Below the pieces are notes generated by a model. The model saw nothing but the letters and a program-made list of their open reading frames with translations. It searched no databases and had not been told where the DNA came from. Below, piece by piece: positions 1 through 11,995 of a stretch of 64,000 nt of DNA (the stretch's first letter is position 1; each line of letters starts with the position of its first letter). This DNA comes from Octopus vulgaris (taxonomy: Eukaryota): the NCBI GenBank assembly GCA_951406725.2, contig OX597839.1, positions 18,600,001 through 18,664,000 on the forward strand, read 5' to 3'. A program made the translations under genes and the position numbers.

Positions 1-2090
1 TCTGTTCTGGCATGGGCTGGACAGTTTGACAGGAGCTGACCAACTGAAGAGCTGCCTGGAATCCATTTCTGTTCTGGCATGGGCTGGACAGTTTGACAGG
101 AGTTGACCAATTGAAGAGCTGCCCAGACTCCATTTCTGTTCTGGCATGGGCTGGACAGTTTGACAGGAGTTGACCAATTGAAGAGCTGCTCGGACTCCAT
201 TTCTGTTCTGGCATGGGATGGACAGTTTGACAGGAGCTGACCAATTGAAGAGCTGCCTGGAATCCATTTCTGTTCTGACATGGGCTGGACAGTTTGACAG
301 GAGCTGACCAATTGAAGAGCTGCCCAGACTACATTTCTGTTCTGGCATGGGCTGGACAGTTTGACAGGAGTTGACCAATTGAAGAGCTGCTCGGACTCCA
401 TTTCTGTTCTGGCATGGGCTGGACAGTTTGACAGGAGCTGACCAACTGAAGAGCTGCCTGGAATCCATTTCTGTTCTGGCATGGGCTGGACAGTTTGACA
501 GGAGCTGACCAACTGAAGAGCTGCCCGGACTCCATTTCTGTTCTGGCATGGGCTGGACAGTTTGACAGGAGCTGACCAACTGAAGAGCTGCCTGGAATCC
601 ATTTCTGTTCTGGCATGGGCTGGACAGTTTGACAGGAGTTGACCAATTGAAGAGCTGCTCGGACTCCATTTCTGTTCTGGCATGGGCTGGACAGTTTGAC
701 AGGAGTTGACCAATTGAAGAGCTGCTCGGACTCCATTTCTGTTCTGGCATGGGATGGACAGTTTGACAGGAGCTGACCAATTGAAGAGCTGCCTGGAATC
801 CATTTCTGTTCTGACATGGGCTGGACAGTTTGACAGGAGCTGACCAATTGAAGAGCTGCCCAGACTACATTTCTGTTCTGGCATGGGCTGGACAGTTTGA
901 CAGGAGTTGACCAATTGAAGAGCTGCTCGGACTCCATTTCTGTTCTGGCATGGGCTGGACAGTTTGACAGGAGCTGACCAACTGAAGAGCTGCCTGGAAT
1001 CCATTTCTGTTCTGGCATGGGCTGGACAGTTTGACAGGAGCTGACCAACTGAAGAGCTGCTCGGACTCCATTTCTGTTCTGGCATGGGCTGGACAGTTTG
1101 ACAGGAGCTGACCAACTGAAGAGCTGCCTGGAATCCATTTCTGTTCTGACATGGGCTGGACAGTTTGACAGGAGCTGACCAATTGAAGAGCTGCCCAGAC
1201 TACATTTCTGTTCTGGCATGGGCTGGACAGTTTGACAGGAGTTGACCAATTGAAGAGCTGCCTGGAATCCATTTCTGTTCTGGCATGGGCTGGACAGTTT
1301 GACAGGAGCTGACCAATTGAAGAGCTGCTCCGACTCCATTTCTGTTCTGGCATGGGCTGGACAGTTTGACAGGAGCTGACCAACTGAAGAGCTGCCTGGA
1401 ATCCATTTCTGTTCTGGCATGGGCTGGACAGTTTGACAGGAGTTGACCAATTGAAGAGCTGCTCCGACTCCATTTCTGTTCTGGCATGGGCTGGACAGTT
1501 TGACAGGAGCTGACCAACTGAAGAGCTGCCTGGAATCCATTTCTGTTCTGGCATGGGCTGGACAGTTTGACAGGAGCTGACCAATTGAAGAGCTGCCCAG
1601 ACTACATTTCTGTTCTGGCATGGGCTGGACAGTTTGACAGGAGCTGACCAACTGAAGAGCTGCTCTGGAATCCATTTCTGTTCTGGCATGGGCTGGACAG
1701 TTTGACAGGAGTTGACCAACTGAAGAGCTGCCCGGACTCCATTTCTGTTCTGGCATGGGCTGGACAGTTTGACAGGAGTTGACCAATTGAAGAGCTGCCC
1801 GGACTCCCTTTCTGTTCTGGCATGGGCTGGACAGTTTGACAGGAGCTGCCCGGACTCCATTTCTGTTCTGGCATGGGCTGGACAGTTTGACGAGTTGACC
1901 AATTGAAGAGCTGCCCGGACTCCCTTTCTGTTCTGGCATGGGCTGGACAGTTTGACAGGAGCTGCCCGGACTCCCTTTCTGTTCTGGCATGGGATGGACA
2001 GTTTGACAGGAGCTGCCCGGACTCCATTTCTGTTCTGGCATGGGCTGGACAGTTTGACAGGAGCTGACCAACTGAAGAGCTGCCTGGACT
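1..2090. repeat. Tandem array of a 67-bp unit (about 32 copies visible, continues off the left edge), derived from an internal SINE segment
   Basis: Unit TCTGTTCTGGCATGGGCTGGACAGTTTGACAGGAGCTGACCAA(C/T)TGAAGAGCTGCCTGGAATCCATT restarts at 68. 51-bp variants occur near 1801-2040. The array runs into the rest of the SINE (GGTTTCTACAG...GCCAACCAC at ~2109-2147). Confidence 0.97.
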
Positions 2091-3463
2091 TCAAGTCTGT
2101 TTTCGCATGGTTTCTACAGTTAGGTGACCTTCCAAGTGCCAACCACTTTACAAAGTGTACTTGGTGCTTTTACACAGCACTGGCATGAGTACAATTATGT
2201 GGCACTGGTTTTGGGTGCATTTTACGTGGCACCAGCACCCATGAACCTTCAAGATTAGGAATGCTCAGCTGGAGAGGGATGCAGGAGACAAGCCTGAATG
2301 CAAGGATAACCATTCTTTTACCTAGCTTGATATATCTTTTCAAGCACAGCAAACCGCTAGGAGTTTTGGTCCCTCGTCACCCCCTCTGTGAGTCCCAACA
2401 TCTGTAGATCCTTTCTCACCACATTGTCCCATGTCTTCCTGGGTCTACCCCTTCCACATGTTCTCTCTACAATTAGAAATCAGCACCTCTTGATGCAACT
2501 GTCTTCCACATTCCCAATATTTTTCTTTTCAACCACTCGAGTGACTTGGGACCTATGAAAGGAAAGATTAATATTACTCAGAACATATGAAACAAAGATT
2601 AACTAAAAGTCTGAAAATAAGCATGGATGTTGAGGACAGACTTATGAATATGATTAGGACAAGCAAAGAGTTAAATATATATTTTATACAATTCCATGTC
2701 TTATACTTAGGGTAAAAAAAAGAGAGAAATAGGGTAACATTAAGTTTTCAGAAGAAATTATCACTATTGCTTCTAATATCTTATTAAATAAGATATGTTA
2801 TCAAGGATAATATTATTTGATCCACTGTAGTAGGGACTCAGCCATATGGATAACAAAACATGAAATACAGTTATTCACTCTCAAAATGAATATGGAGGAG
2901 TTGGGCCTCATAGAGGCAACGACAAGTGACTGAGACCTTTGGCGATATGCCATGTTTGAGAAGAACTGTTAAGCTGAGTGAAACTGTTGTTGTGGCTGAT
3001 GTTGGTGTCATGTAATAGGCACCTGTTCTGGTGGCACGTAGAAAGGATCCTTTGAACGTTGGGCCTCATTGAGGTGGTAAATGACAGATCTTTGGCGATA
3101 CGCTGTGCTTGAGAAGAGACGTCTTGCCAGGTGACATCATAGCTGTAACCGATGCTGGTGGCATGTAAAAAGCACCATTCGAACATTGGGCCACATGGAA
3201 ATGATAAGTGACTGGGACCCTTGGCAATATGCTGTGCTTCAGTAGAGTTGTCAAGGCAAGTGAAACTGTAGTTGTGGCTGATGCTGGCACCTGTGCTGGT
3301 GGAATATAACTGACACCTGTGCTGGTGGAACGTAAAAAGCACCCATTACATTCTCGAAGTGGTTGGTGTTTGGAAGGGCATCCAGTTGCAGAAACCATAC
3401 CAAATCAGATTGTGACCTGGTGCAGCTCTGCAGTTTACCAGTTTTCAATCAAACCGACCAACC

Positions 3464-4032
3464 TAGTGGTTCTCAACTGGGGTCCATATAAGATTTTTGG
3501 GGTCCACGCAACAGAATAATAAATTAGGGATTCACAACAGTATTTTAAGAGCCCCCTGAAAATATTTTGCTTTAGATTTATGTATTGGTATGTATTGCAA
3601 GAAACAGCTGGGTTCCTTTCTCAAACGTTTTACGTAGTTCAACCTACACAAGTTAATGGGTGACAAACAAAATAGAAATTTTTAAAGAAGTTTCTATAAA
3701 ACTAGTTTTTAAACATAGAAAGGCTATGGGTGTCCACCAGAATAAAATCAAAATCAAAAGTGTCCATAGGTAAAAAATAGCTGAGAACCTGAAGAAATTT
3801 TGCTATAGATGTATGTATTGGTATGTATCGCAAGAAACAGTCAGGTTCCTTTCTCTAACATTTTACAAAGTTCAAACTACACAAGTTAGTGTGTGAATAA
3901 CAAAATAGGAATTTTGAAAGAAGTTTCTGTAAAACAAGGTTTTCAACAATGGATGGCTGTGGGGGTCCACCAGAGTAAAATAGTAATCAAAGGGGTCCAT
4001 AGATAAAAAAACAAAATGGTTGAGAATCCCTG
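3464..4032. mobile_element. hAT-like MITE with internal duplication, inserted in a SINE
   Basis: Ends TAGTGGTTCTCAAC...GTTGAGAATCCCTG, imperfect 8-bp TSD (GACCAACC/GTCTAACC). Same family at 25039 and 31065. Confidence 0.75.
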
Positions 4033-4814
4033 GTCTAACCCATGCCAGCATGGAAAACAGATGCTAAATAATAATGATGATGATGATGATTTCTGTATTG
4101 GATAAAACAATTCCCATCCCCCTTAACCCTCTTCTTGTCCTGTGTATCACGTGATACACAGGACATATTCTCCTGGTATAAATGCCCGATATAAATGATA
4201 TGCAGGACACACGTCCCTAGAGTCCAGGCATCATATATGATACACATTCTCAATTTTCTTCAACCAAAAGTGTAATTTAGACCTTATAAAAGGAAAACTC
4301 TGTATTATTCAGAACATATGAAACATGGGCAAACTAAAAGTTTGAAAACAAGCATGGATCTTTAGGAAAATGTTTAAAAAAGGTACTATGAGAACAGAGA
4401 CTAGCAATTTTGCTTTAGTTCAATGCTATGATCCCATCACCTACTTTGTACTTTATTTGATTGGCCCTGAAGGGGGACAGGCATGGTTGACCTATAAATG
4501 ATTCACATTCTCAGTTTTCTTCATCCAACAAACTAAGCTGGAACTTAGAAAAGAAAGGCTTTACATTACTCAGAACACACAAAACATGGGCTAACTTAAA
4601 GTTTGCAGACGACCACAGACCTTTAGGAAAACATTTAAAAAAGTATTATGGGAACAAAGGGTGGCAATTTTGTCTTTGTTCGATACTATGACCCCCAACA
4701 TTTGATTGGTACTTTATTTTATTGGCCCTGAAGGGGTGACAGGTTTTGTTGACTTACATACAGGGTGGCCCAAAAGTAGGTTTGCAGTTATCATGTTGGC
4801 ACTTTAAGTGTATA

Positions 4815-5026
4815 GAGAGAAGTGTATGAGCTGCACACAAGATGGCTGAAAAAATGTCAATATTGACGGAGTGGCTGTGTGGTAAGTAGCTTGCTTACCA
4901 ACCACATGGTTCTGGGTTCAATCCCACTGCGTGGCATCTTGGGCAAATGTCTTCTGCTATAGCTACAGGCCGACCAATGCCTTGTGAGTGGATTTGGTAG
5001 ACGGAAACTGAAAGAAGCCTGTCGTA

Positions 5027-5081
<55 letters not shown>

Positions 5082-5851
5082 GTTTGTGTGTCTGTGTTTG
5101 TCCCCCTAGCATTGCTTGACAACCGATGCTGGTGTGTTTATGTCCCCGTCACTTAGCGGTTCGGCAAAAGAGCCCGATAGAATAAGTACTGGGCTTACAA
5201 AAGAATAAGTCCCGGGGTCGAGTTGCTCGACTAAAGGTGGTGCTCCAGCATGGCCGCAGTCAAATGACTGAAACAAGTAAAAGAGTAAAAAGAGAGAGTA
5301 AAAGAGTTCTGGGAGTATTGCAACCAGCAAAACTGAGGAAAACATTGCAGATAGGCATGCAGCAATGAGGGGATATCGTCGAATCATCATCCGTGAGTTA
5401 TCAGAGGATGTGCAGATTAGTTACCATTCAGTTCATTATCACTGAAGATTTGGGTATGAGACACGTGTCTACGAAGTTTCTGCAAAAACTGCTTTCAGCT
5501 GACCCAAAAGGCACTTGGGTTTCAGTTGCACAAGATCTCCTTGATAGTGTCAAGAATGATGAAAAGTTTTTGAAAACTTTCCATGGGCCTCTGTGCAGGT
5601 ATCGCCAAGCTTTTGGCAGAATTTTATGCAGATTCTCTGCTCAGCTTTCTCTGTCATGGTCACTGTGACGAACACATGCTACACACGTTCCTTCCAAGCA
5701 CTGCTGTAAACAGTGGAAGTGAGCTAGAATATTAAAACCTAGTGCACATACACAGCAGAGTTCAAGGTCAATCTATGCTAAGCTGCTTTGTTCTCCATGC
5801 TTTAGCTTTGTTACTATGACAACAGCCTGGATACTTACTGATCAGACCACG
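4815..5851 (+). mobile_element. Degenerate mariner transposase fragment interrupted by a SINE
   Basis: Fragments translate to TSKTEENIA...IITEDLGMRHVSTKFLQKLLSAD...AQDLLD...NDEKFLK, resembling the mariner HTH/linker. A TIR-like end GGATACTTACTGATCAGACCACG is followed by TA. Confidence 0.75.
4868..5306 (+). mobile_element. tRNA-derived SINE, family A (internal (TA)n(TG)n, tail GAAACAAGTAAAAGAG)
   Basis: A/B-box-like head TGGCTGTGTGG...GGTTCAATCC. Near-identical copies at 7860-8250, 9578-10330, 17972-18403 and 46511-46948 (all -), plus many partial copies. Confidence 0.85.
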
Positions 5852-5859
5852 TATATACG

Positions 5860-5892
<33 letters not shown>

Positions 5893-6026
5893 GCATTAGG
5901 AAGGGCATCCAGCCGAAGAAACATTGCCAGATCAGACAGGGCCTGGTGCAGCCTCCTGGCTTCCCAGACCCCAGTTGAACCGTCCAACACATGTCAGCAT
6001 GGATAGCTGACGCTAAACGATGATGA

Positions 6027-6058
<32 letters not shown>

Positions 6059-6064
<6 letters not shown>

Positions 6065-6262
6065 TATATAGAAGGAGCTTCTACAGGACTAGAACTGTTT
6101 CATTCAAGAGAAATCTTCAGGAAGCTTCCTGAAGATTTCTCTTGAATGAAACAGTTCTAGTCCTGTAGAAGCTCCTTCTATATAATAAATTAATTTTACT
6201 CTACTATGTATTGAGTACCTTATTTACTGTGGTTAACCCCGAATCAACCCGGGACCTACATA
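6059..6262 (+). mobile_element. PLE pLTR-like short insert: perfect 132-bp palindrome plus a 3' extension, with a hammerhead-like core
   Basis: 6059-6190 is a spacerless perfect inverted repeat centred at GAAG|CTTC. CTGAAGA at 6129 and GAAAC at 6148. Flanked by (TA)n. A second copy is at 51711-51905. Confidence 0.7.
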
Positions 6263-6544
6263 TATATATATATATATACATGTTTGATTTATTATGAGAT
6301 TTTTAGAATAATAAATATAAGATATTTAATTAATTTCTATGTGGTTATTATAGATAAACTTTTCACTATTGATGGAATAACTAGATAGCGGTTTGTCTCT
6401 AAATTTTATATATATATATTCACATACATACACACTAATGTATTTGATAGAAAAGTACTATATGTATGTATATGTATATATATATATATGTATTTTCACA
6501 TACATACACATATATACAAACTACGTTATTTGATAGAAAAGTAC

Positions 6545-6581
<37 letters not shown>

Positions 6582-7159
6582 CATTTAACAAACCTAGATG
6601 ATGTGTCATAATGGTTTTGAGAAGCAGAGTGGTACTGAAGCAATTGTTACTGGTAATGAAGATGTGCTCAACTCATTCTTCTTTTTCTTATTTGAATTAT
6701 ATATTTATTACTAGTAACACCTGTTTCGGTACTACTCTGTTTTCAATGCTAATTGCATGTAAATGATTCCACGTGAAAAATCATGCAATATTTGCTGTTA
6801 ATTGCACGACACAAGAATACATTTTCCGATGCAGGTCTGATAAGGCGTCACTCCAATGTAATCAACTGCAAGTTTTGCTTATCTTCGCATGAAATCATTT
6901 ACCTGCAGGGGCATTAGAAATGGTGTGGTACCAGAGCACTTGTAACTGGTGATAAAGATCTGCTAAATTCACTTTTCATATTCTTATTTGGGTTGTATGT
7001 TATTCTTCGTAAGACTCACATACAGGTGTTACTAGTGATGTGCCTGGAATATCTGCATGTGTAGACTTCGAATTTTCCTTAGATTCCAATTCATATGTGT
7101 AGCTGTTCAGGTGTTTACGTTGAGTGCTGCATTGGAATTACACTGACTTTCTTCTCTAT

Positions 7160-7524
7160 CAATACACAGACACACACACTATACATATACACACACTATA
7201 CATATACACACACACACACACTATACATATATACACACACACACACTATACATACACACACACACACTATACATATACACACACACACTATACATATACA
7301 CACACACTATACATATATACACACACACACACTATATATATATACACACACTATATACACACACACACACACTATACATATACACACACACACACTATAT
7401 ATATATACACACACACACACACTATACATATACACACACACACTATACATATATACACACACACACACACACACATACACACTATACATACACACACACA
7501 CTCTACATACACACACACACACAC
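7160..7524. repeat. Compound (CA)n/CTATACATATA microsatellite
   Basis: Direct reading; source of the HT-rich pseudo-ORFs. Confidence 0.95.
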
Positions 7525-7859
7525 GAAGAGTTGCTGAAAAGATCCTGACTTTTGGTAAAAAAATAATTAAAAAATACACACACCACATCACACACCAGCT
7601 TTAAGTTGCTGAGTTTATATTCAAAGACCATTCTAGAAGAACATTGTTTATAATTATTAATATACAGTTGAATACTGCTCAGAAACAACCATGTGTGAGA
7701 GCCTCATCAGGACGGAATACGATTAGATTTTGTTGGGTTTTTCTGAATGTTCTGAGTAAACGATGTGCGTCTCATTCAACCAATCAATGGGGTAGAAGAA
7801 AATTACCAAGAAAAAGGCTGAAATTGTGTCAAAATGTTTTTAATCTAGATATATATTTT

Positions 7860-8250
7860 CTCTTTTTCTCTTTTAGTTGTTTCAGTCATTTGACTGCGGC
7901 CATGCTGGAGCACCGCCTTTAGTCGAGCAAATCGACCCCAGTACTTATTCTATCGGTCTCTTTTGCCGAACCACTAAGTGACGGGGACGTAAACACACCA
8001 GCATCGGTTGTCAAGCAATGCTAGAGGGACAAACACAGACACACAAACATATACACACACATACATACACATATATATACATATATACGACAGGCTTCTT
8101 TCAGTTTCCGTCTACCAAATCCACTCACAAGGCTTTGGTCGGCCCGAGGCTATAGCAGAAGACACTTGCCCAAGATGCCACGCAGTGGGACTGAACCCAG
8201 AACCATGTGGTTGGTAGGCAAGCTACTTACCACACAGCCACTCCTGCGCC
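7860..8250 (-). mobile_element. SINE family A copy
   Basis: Reverse complement of 4868-5306. Confidence 0.85.
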
Positions 8251-8438
8251 TTATATATTTTTGGTTCTAATAAACATAAGATTAACTTTTTAACATGAGG
8301 GGAATACAGTTTTTCTCTATGTATTCACATATGAAAATCAAAAATACAAAAATTCATTTTTGTGGAATAAATGATTTCGTATTATAGTTGACCTGTAAAT
8401 ATATTCATGCATGTATTCATAAGATAAGTTTTGGCATA

Positions 8439-8653
8439 CAGCGGTGGGCAAAAGTAGGTATACAGTTGCTTGGCTCAAGCACTCGCTCAAAGTCCCCAGA
8501 AATCACAAAAGGGGATTTTTAATGAACTTGGCATCTCCTGCAGGCCCCCTTAGTCGACTTATGAATCCCTTAGGCTTGAAAAAAGAAATTGCTAAATGAA
8601 AACAACATTCCACTTGCAATAAGCAACTGTATGCCTACTTTTGCCCACCCCTG
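8439..8653. mobile_element. Tc1/mariner-type MITE
   Basis: TIRs CAGCGGTGGGCAAAAGTAGGTATACAGTTGCTT / AAGCAACTGTATGCCTACTTTTGCCCACCCCTG, with TA on both flanks. Confidence 0.85.
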
Positions 8654-8684
8654 TATATAACACAAGTAATAATCATCATCATCA

Positions 8685-9152
8685 TCATCATCGTTTAACG
8701 TCCGTTCTCCATGCTAGCATGGGTTGGACAGTTCGACCGGGGATCTGGGAAGCCAGAAGGCTGCACCAGGCTCCAGTCTAATCTGGCAATGTTTCTACAG
8801 CTGGATGCCCTTCCTAACGCCAACCACTCCGTGAGTGTAGTGGGTGCTTTTTACGTGCCACCTGCACAGGTGCCAGGTGAGGCTGGCAACGGCCACGGTC
8901 GGATTGGTGTATTTTATGTGCCACCGGCACGGAAGCCAGTCGAGGAGGTGCTGGCATCGGCCATGAGTCGGATAGTGCTTTTTACGTACCACCAGACCAG
9001 GGATCCTGGCTGGTTCAATTCGATTTCGATTTCCCCAACATGTCTTCACAAGCAAAGGGGGTTGGCATGGGTGCCTGTCGTACGGTCGGATTGGAGTATT
9101 TTGCGTGCCACCGGCACGGAAACCAGTCGAAGCGGCGCTGGCATCGGCCATG
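8685..9152 (-). mobile_element. SINE family B copy ((GAT)n tail)
   Basis: CCATGCTAGCATGGGTTGGAC...GGATGCCCTTCCTAACGCCAACCAC. Other copies at 5890-6028, 18940-19480, 28900-29090, 32800-33015, 34855-34990 and 37815-37990. Confidence 0.8.
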
Positions 9153-9171
9153 ATATATATATATACATATG

Positions 9172-9570
9172 AATAAAAATCTGGTGAACTGAGAATTAGG
9201 TATCCAGGTTTTGTTATTCAGTTAATCACATCTTTGTCAGTACCTACAGATTTCTGCTTGGCTTGCAGTGGAAACACGTGTAGGTACTGACAAAGAAAGA
9301 TGTGATTAACTGTATAATAAAACCTGGATATCTAAATCTATATTCTCCTGATTTTTATTAATTTATAATTTCTTCTCTACTGAAACTATGCACTCTTTAT
9401 AAGGACATTTGGATTTAGCAAAGCGAGGATTAACTGAGTATAGTAAAGTCAATTAACTTGAGTTCATCTACGTTCACTGAGAGGTTAGCCAGCATTGTTA
9501 ACCAATAAAAGTGAACATGGTACCTGCTAGGATTATATATCCCTGTTAATCAGTTTTGGAAGATTACCTT
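9172..9570 (+). mobile_element. PLE-type inverted-repeat insert
   Basis: Imperfect palindrome 9172-9359 with GAAACACGTGTA at 9271, then a unique extension, flanked by (TA)n. Confidence 0.55.
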
Positions 9571-9805
9571 TATATATACTCTTTTACTTGTTTTAGTCAT
9601 TTGACTGTGGCCATGCTGGAGCACTGCGTTTAGTTGAGCAAATCGACCCCAGGACTTATTCTTTGTAAGCCTAGTACTTATTCTATTGGTTCTTTTGCCG
9701 AACCGCTAAGTTACGGGGACATAAACACACCACCATTGGTTGTTAAGCGATGTTGGGGGGACAAACACAGATGCACAAACATATACACACACATATATAT
9801 AAACA

Positions 9806-10143
9806 TGTGAAGGTGCATGGCTCAGTGGTTAGAGCGTCGAGCTTACGATCGTGAGGTTGTGGGTTCGAATCCCGGACCGGACTGCATGTTGTGTTCTTGA
9901 GCAAGGCACTTTATTTCACGTTGCTTTAGTTCACTCAGCTGTAGAAATGAGTGGTGACATCACAGGTGCCAAGCTATATCGGCCCCTTTGCCTTTCCCTT
10001 GGGTAACATTGGTGGTGTGGAGAGGGTAGGCCGGTATGCATGGGCGACTGCTGGTCTTCTACAAACAACCTTGCCCGGACTTGTGCCTGGGAGGGTAACT
10101 TCCCAGGTGCAATCCCATGGTCAGTCATGACCGAAGGGGGTTA
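9806..10143 (+). mobile_element. tRNA-headed SINE nested in a family A SINE
   Basis: A box TGGCTCAGTGG and B box GGTTCGAATCC. Related copies at 21745-22065, 22138-22470 and 32041-32325. Confidence 0.8.
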
Positions 10144-10582
10144 CAGCAAAATATATATACATATATACGACTGGCTTCTTTCAGTTTCCATCTACCAAAT
10201 CCACTCACAAGGCTTTGGTTGGCCCGAGGCTATAGTAGAAGACACTTGCCCAAGGTGCCACGCAGTGGGACCAAACCCGGAACCATGCGGTTGGTAAGCA
10301 AGCTACTTACCACACAGCCATTCCTACACCTATGTATGTATATAAATACACAGGAAATAATATAGGTGAATTTGTTTTGGGGTTTGAAAATGCACCTGAA
10401 TCTGAAAACATATAGTTGTTATTAAATATTCACAAACCAAACTAGTCTTGACAGTTTTTCTGCTTACCAATGGTATGAATATATATATAAAAAAAAAGGT
10501 GGGGTTTAGGAGAGTTTAAAATTACCAGGTAAAAATTGGATACTTGTTTAAACCATCAAGTGTTCAAATGCTCACATAAATT

Positions 10583-11995
10583 TCAATGAGTTTCACAGGT
10601 GTAGATAGTAATATCAATGTTGTGGCTGGTATCTATTGTGAAATTGATAGATGGGTGCAGCGTATTGAGGATGTTGTGGAATGTTTGTAGGTCCTCTTCT
10701 GATCTGTTCCAAAAGATGAAGCAGTCATCGAGGTAGCGTTTCCACTTTTTCTTGATGTCTTCTCTGAAGTCGTGTTCGAAGACTTTCCTTATTTCATCAT
10801 ATAGTTTTTTCTCCAGGAAACCCATCACCAGGTTGGCATATGAAGGTGCGAATTTTGTACCCATAGCTGTGCCTTTTATCTGTCAGTATGTCTTGTTGTT
10901 GAATGAGAATGTATTTTCTTCAAGTATTAGTTGGGTGGCTTGGGTGATAAAGTTTGTCTTGAAGCGTTCGTCTATAAGTTCTCTGTATTTTTCTATTGAT
11001 TGTTTTATAGCTTCTAGACCTAGGGTGTGTGGTATGTTTGTGTATAGATTTGTGACATCAAAGCTTGCAAGTATGGTGTTTTTCGGGACTGTATTTGGAA
11101 TGTGTGTGAGGAAGTCTATGTCATCCCTTATGTAGCTTGGTATCTGTGGGCATAAAGGTTTGAGGAGTATATCTATGAAGTGGCTTAGTTGTTGTGTTGG
11201 TGCCTGGGGTCCTGCCACTATTGGTCTCATTGTGAGGTCTGCGGGCCTTTGTACTCTTATATAGTGGTTCCTCTGTTCCTTTATGGCTCTCTGTATTTCA
11301 GAGCTTTTATGAATTTTAGGTAATCCATAAAAGTTGCTTTCTTTGGTTTGTGAGATGCATAGATAGTCTTTCTCCTTATCTGTAAAGGAGTCCTGATATT
11401 CATTGACTAAAGTTCTAATTTTTTTTATTGTTGTTTTCTCCGGTGGTATTGGTTCCTCTTTGTAATATGTCTGGTTGTTCAGTAACTCCAGTATCTTTTC
11501 TTTGTAGTAATCTGTGTCCATAATTACTATTGCTCCACCTTTGTCAGCTTCTTTTATAATGATTGATTTGTCATTTTTCAGTTTTTGTAGGGCTTGTTTT
11601 TCTTCTCTGCGGAGATTCTGTTTGCATTTGTGTGTGTGGAGAGAGAATTTGGATATTGTTTCTAAGTATGTGTCAAGGTGTTTGTCACTTCCCTTGTAAG
11701 GGGTGAAGTGGGATTTTTTTCTTATGATTGAGTTATCTTCTGTTTCTTTATTTTCAAAGAATTCCATAAGGCGGAGGTAGCGGCTGAAGTTGTCTATATC
11801 AGTTTTTAGTTCTATGAGGTTTGGAGTGGGTGTGGGTGTAAATTTGAGGCCTTTTAGTAGTAGGTTCATTTCATTTTCGTCAAGTTCTCTTTTAGATAAG
11901 TTTATTATTTTGGGGTCTATGTGTTTTGTGAGTTCATCCAGAATTTTTGGTGTATTGGGTCTGGAGTATGGTTGAAGTATCCTCTCCCTAAAAAA
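10583..11995 (-). pseudogene. PLE reverse transcriptase ORF (one in-frame TGA at 10883-10885)
   Basis: The frame is open from the slippery site at 11995 through RERILQP...KIINLSKRELDENEMNLLLKG... to KTY*QIKGTAMGTKF, then continues to 10583. Confidence 0.9.

Noticed and set aside
1-2090. CRISPR-like array or tandem hammerhead (CTGAAGA in units)
   Set aside because: No unique spacers and a eukaryotic context; no stem II plus GAAA follows CTGAAGA.
329-2142. 580-aa and 425-aa minus-strand ORFs
   Set aside because: They are translations of the 67-bp array cycling through three frames; SINE-derived, with no splice or domain support.
9812-9885. tRNA gene
   Set aside because: A and B boxes are present but there is no closing acceptor stem; it continues into a SINE body found in several copies.
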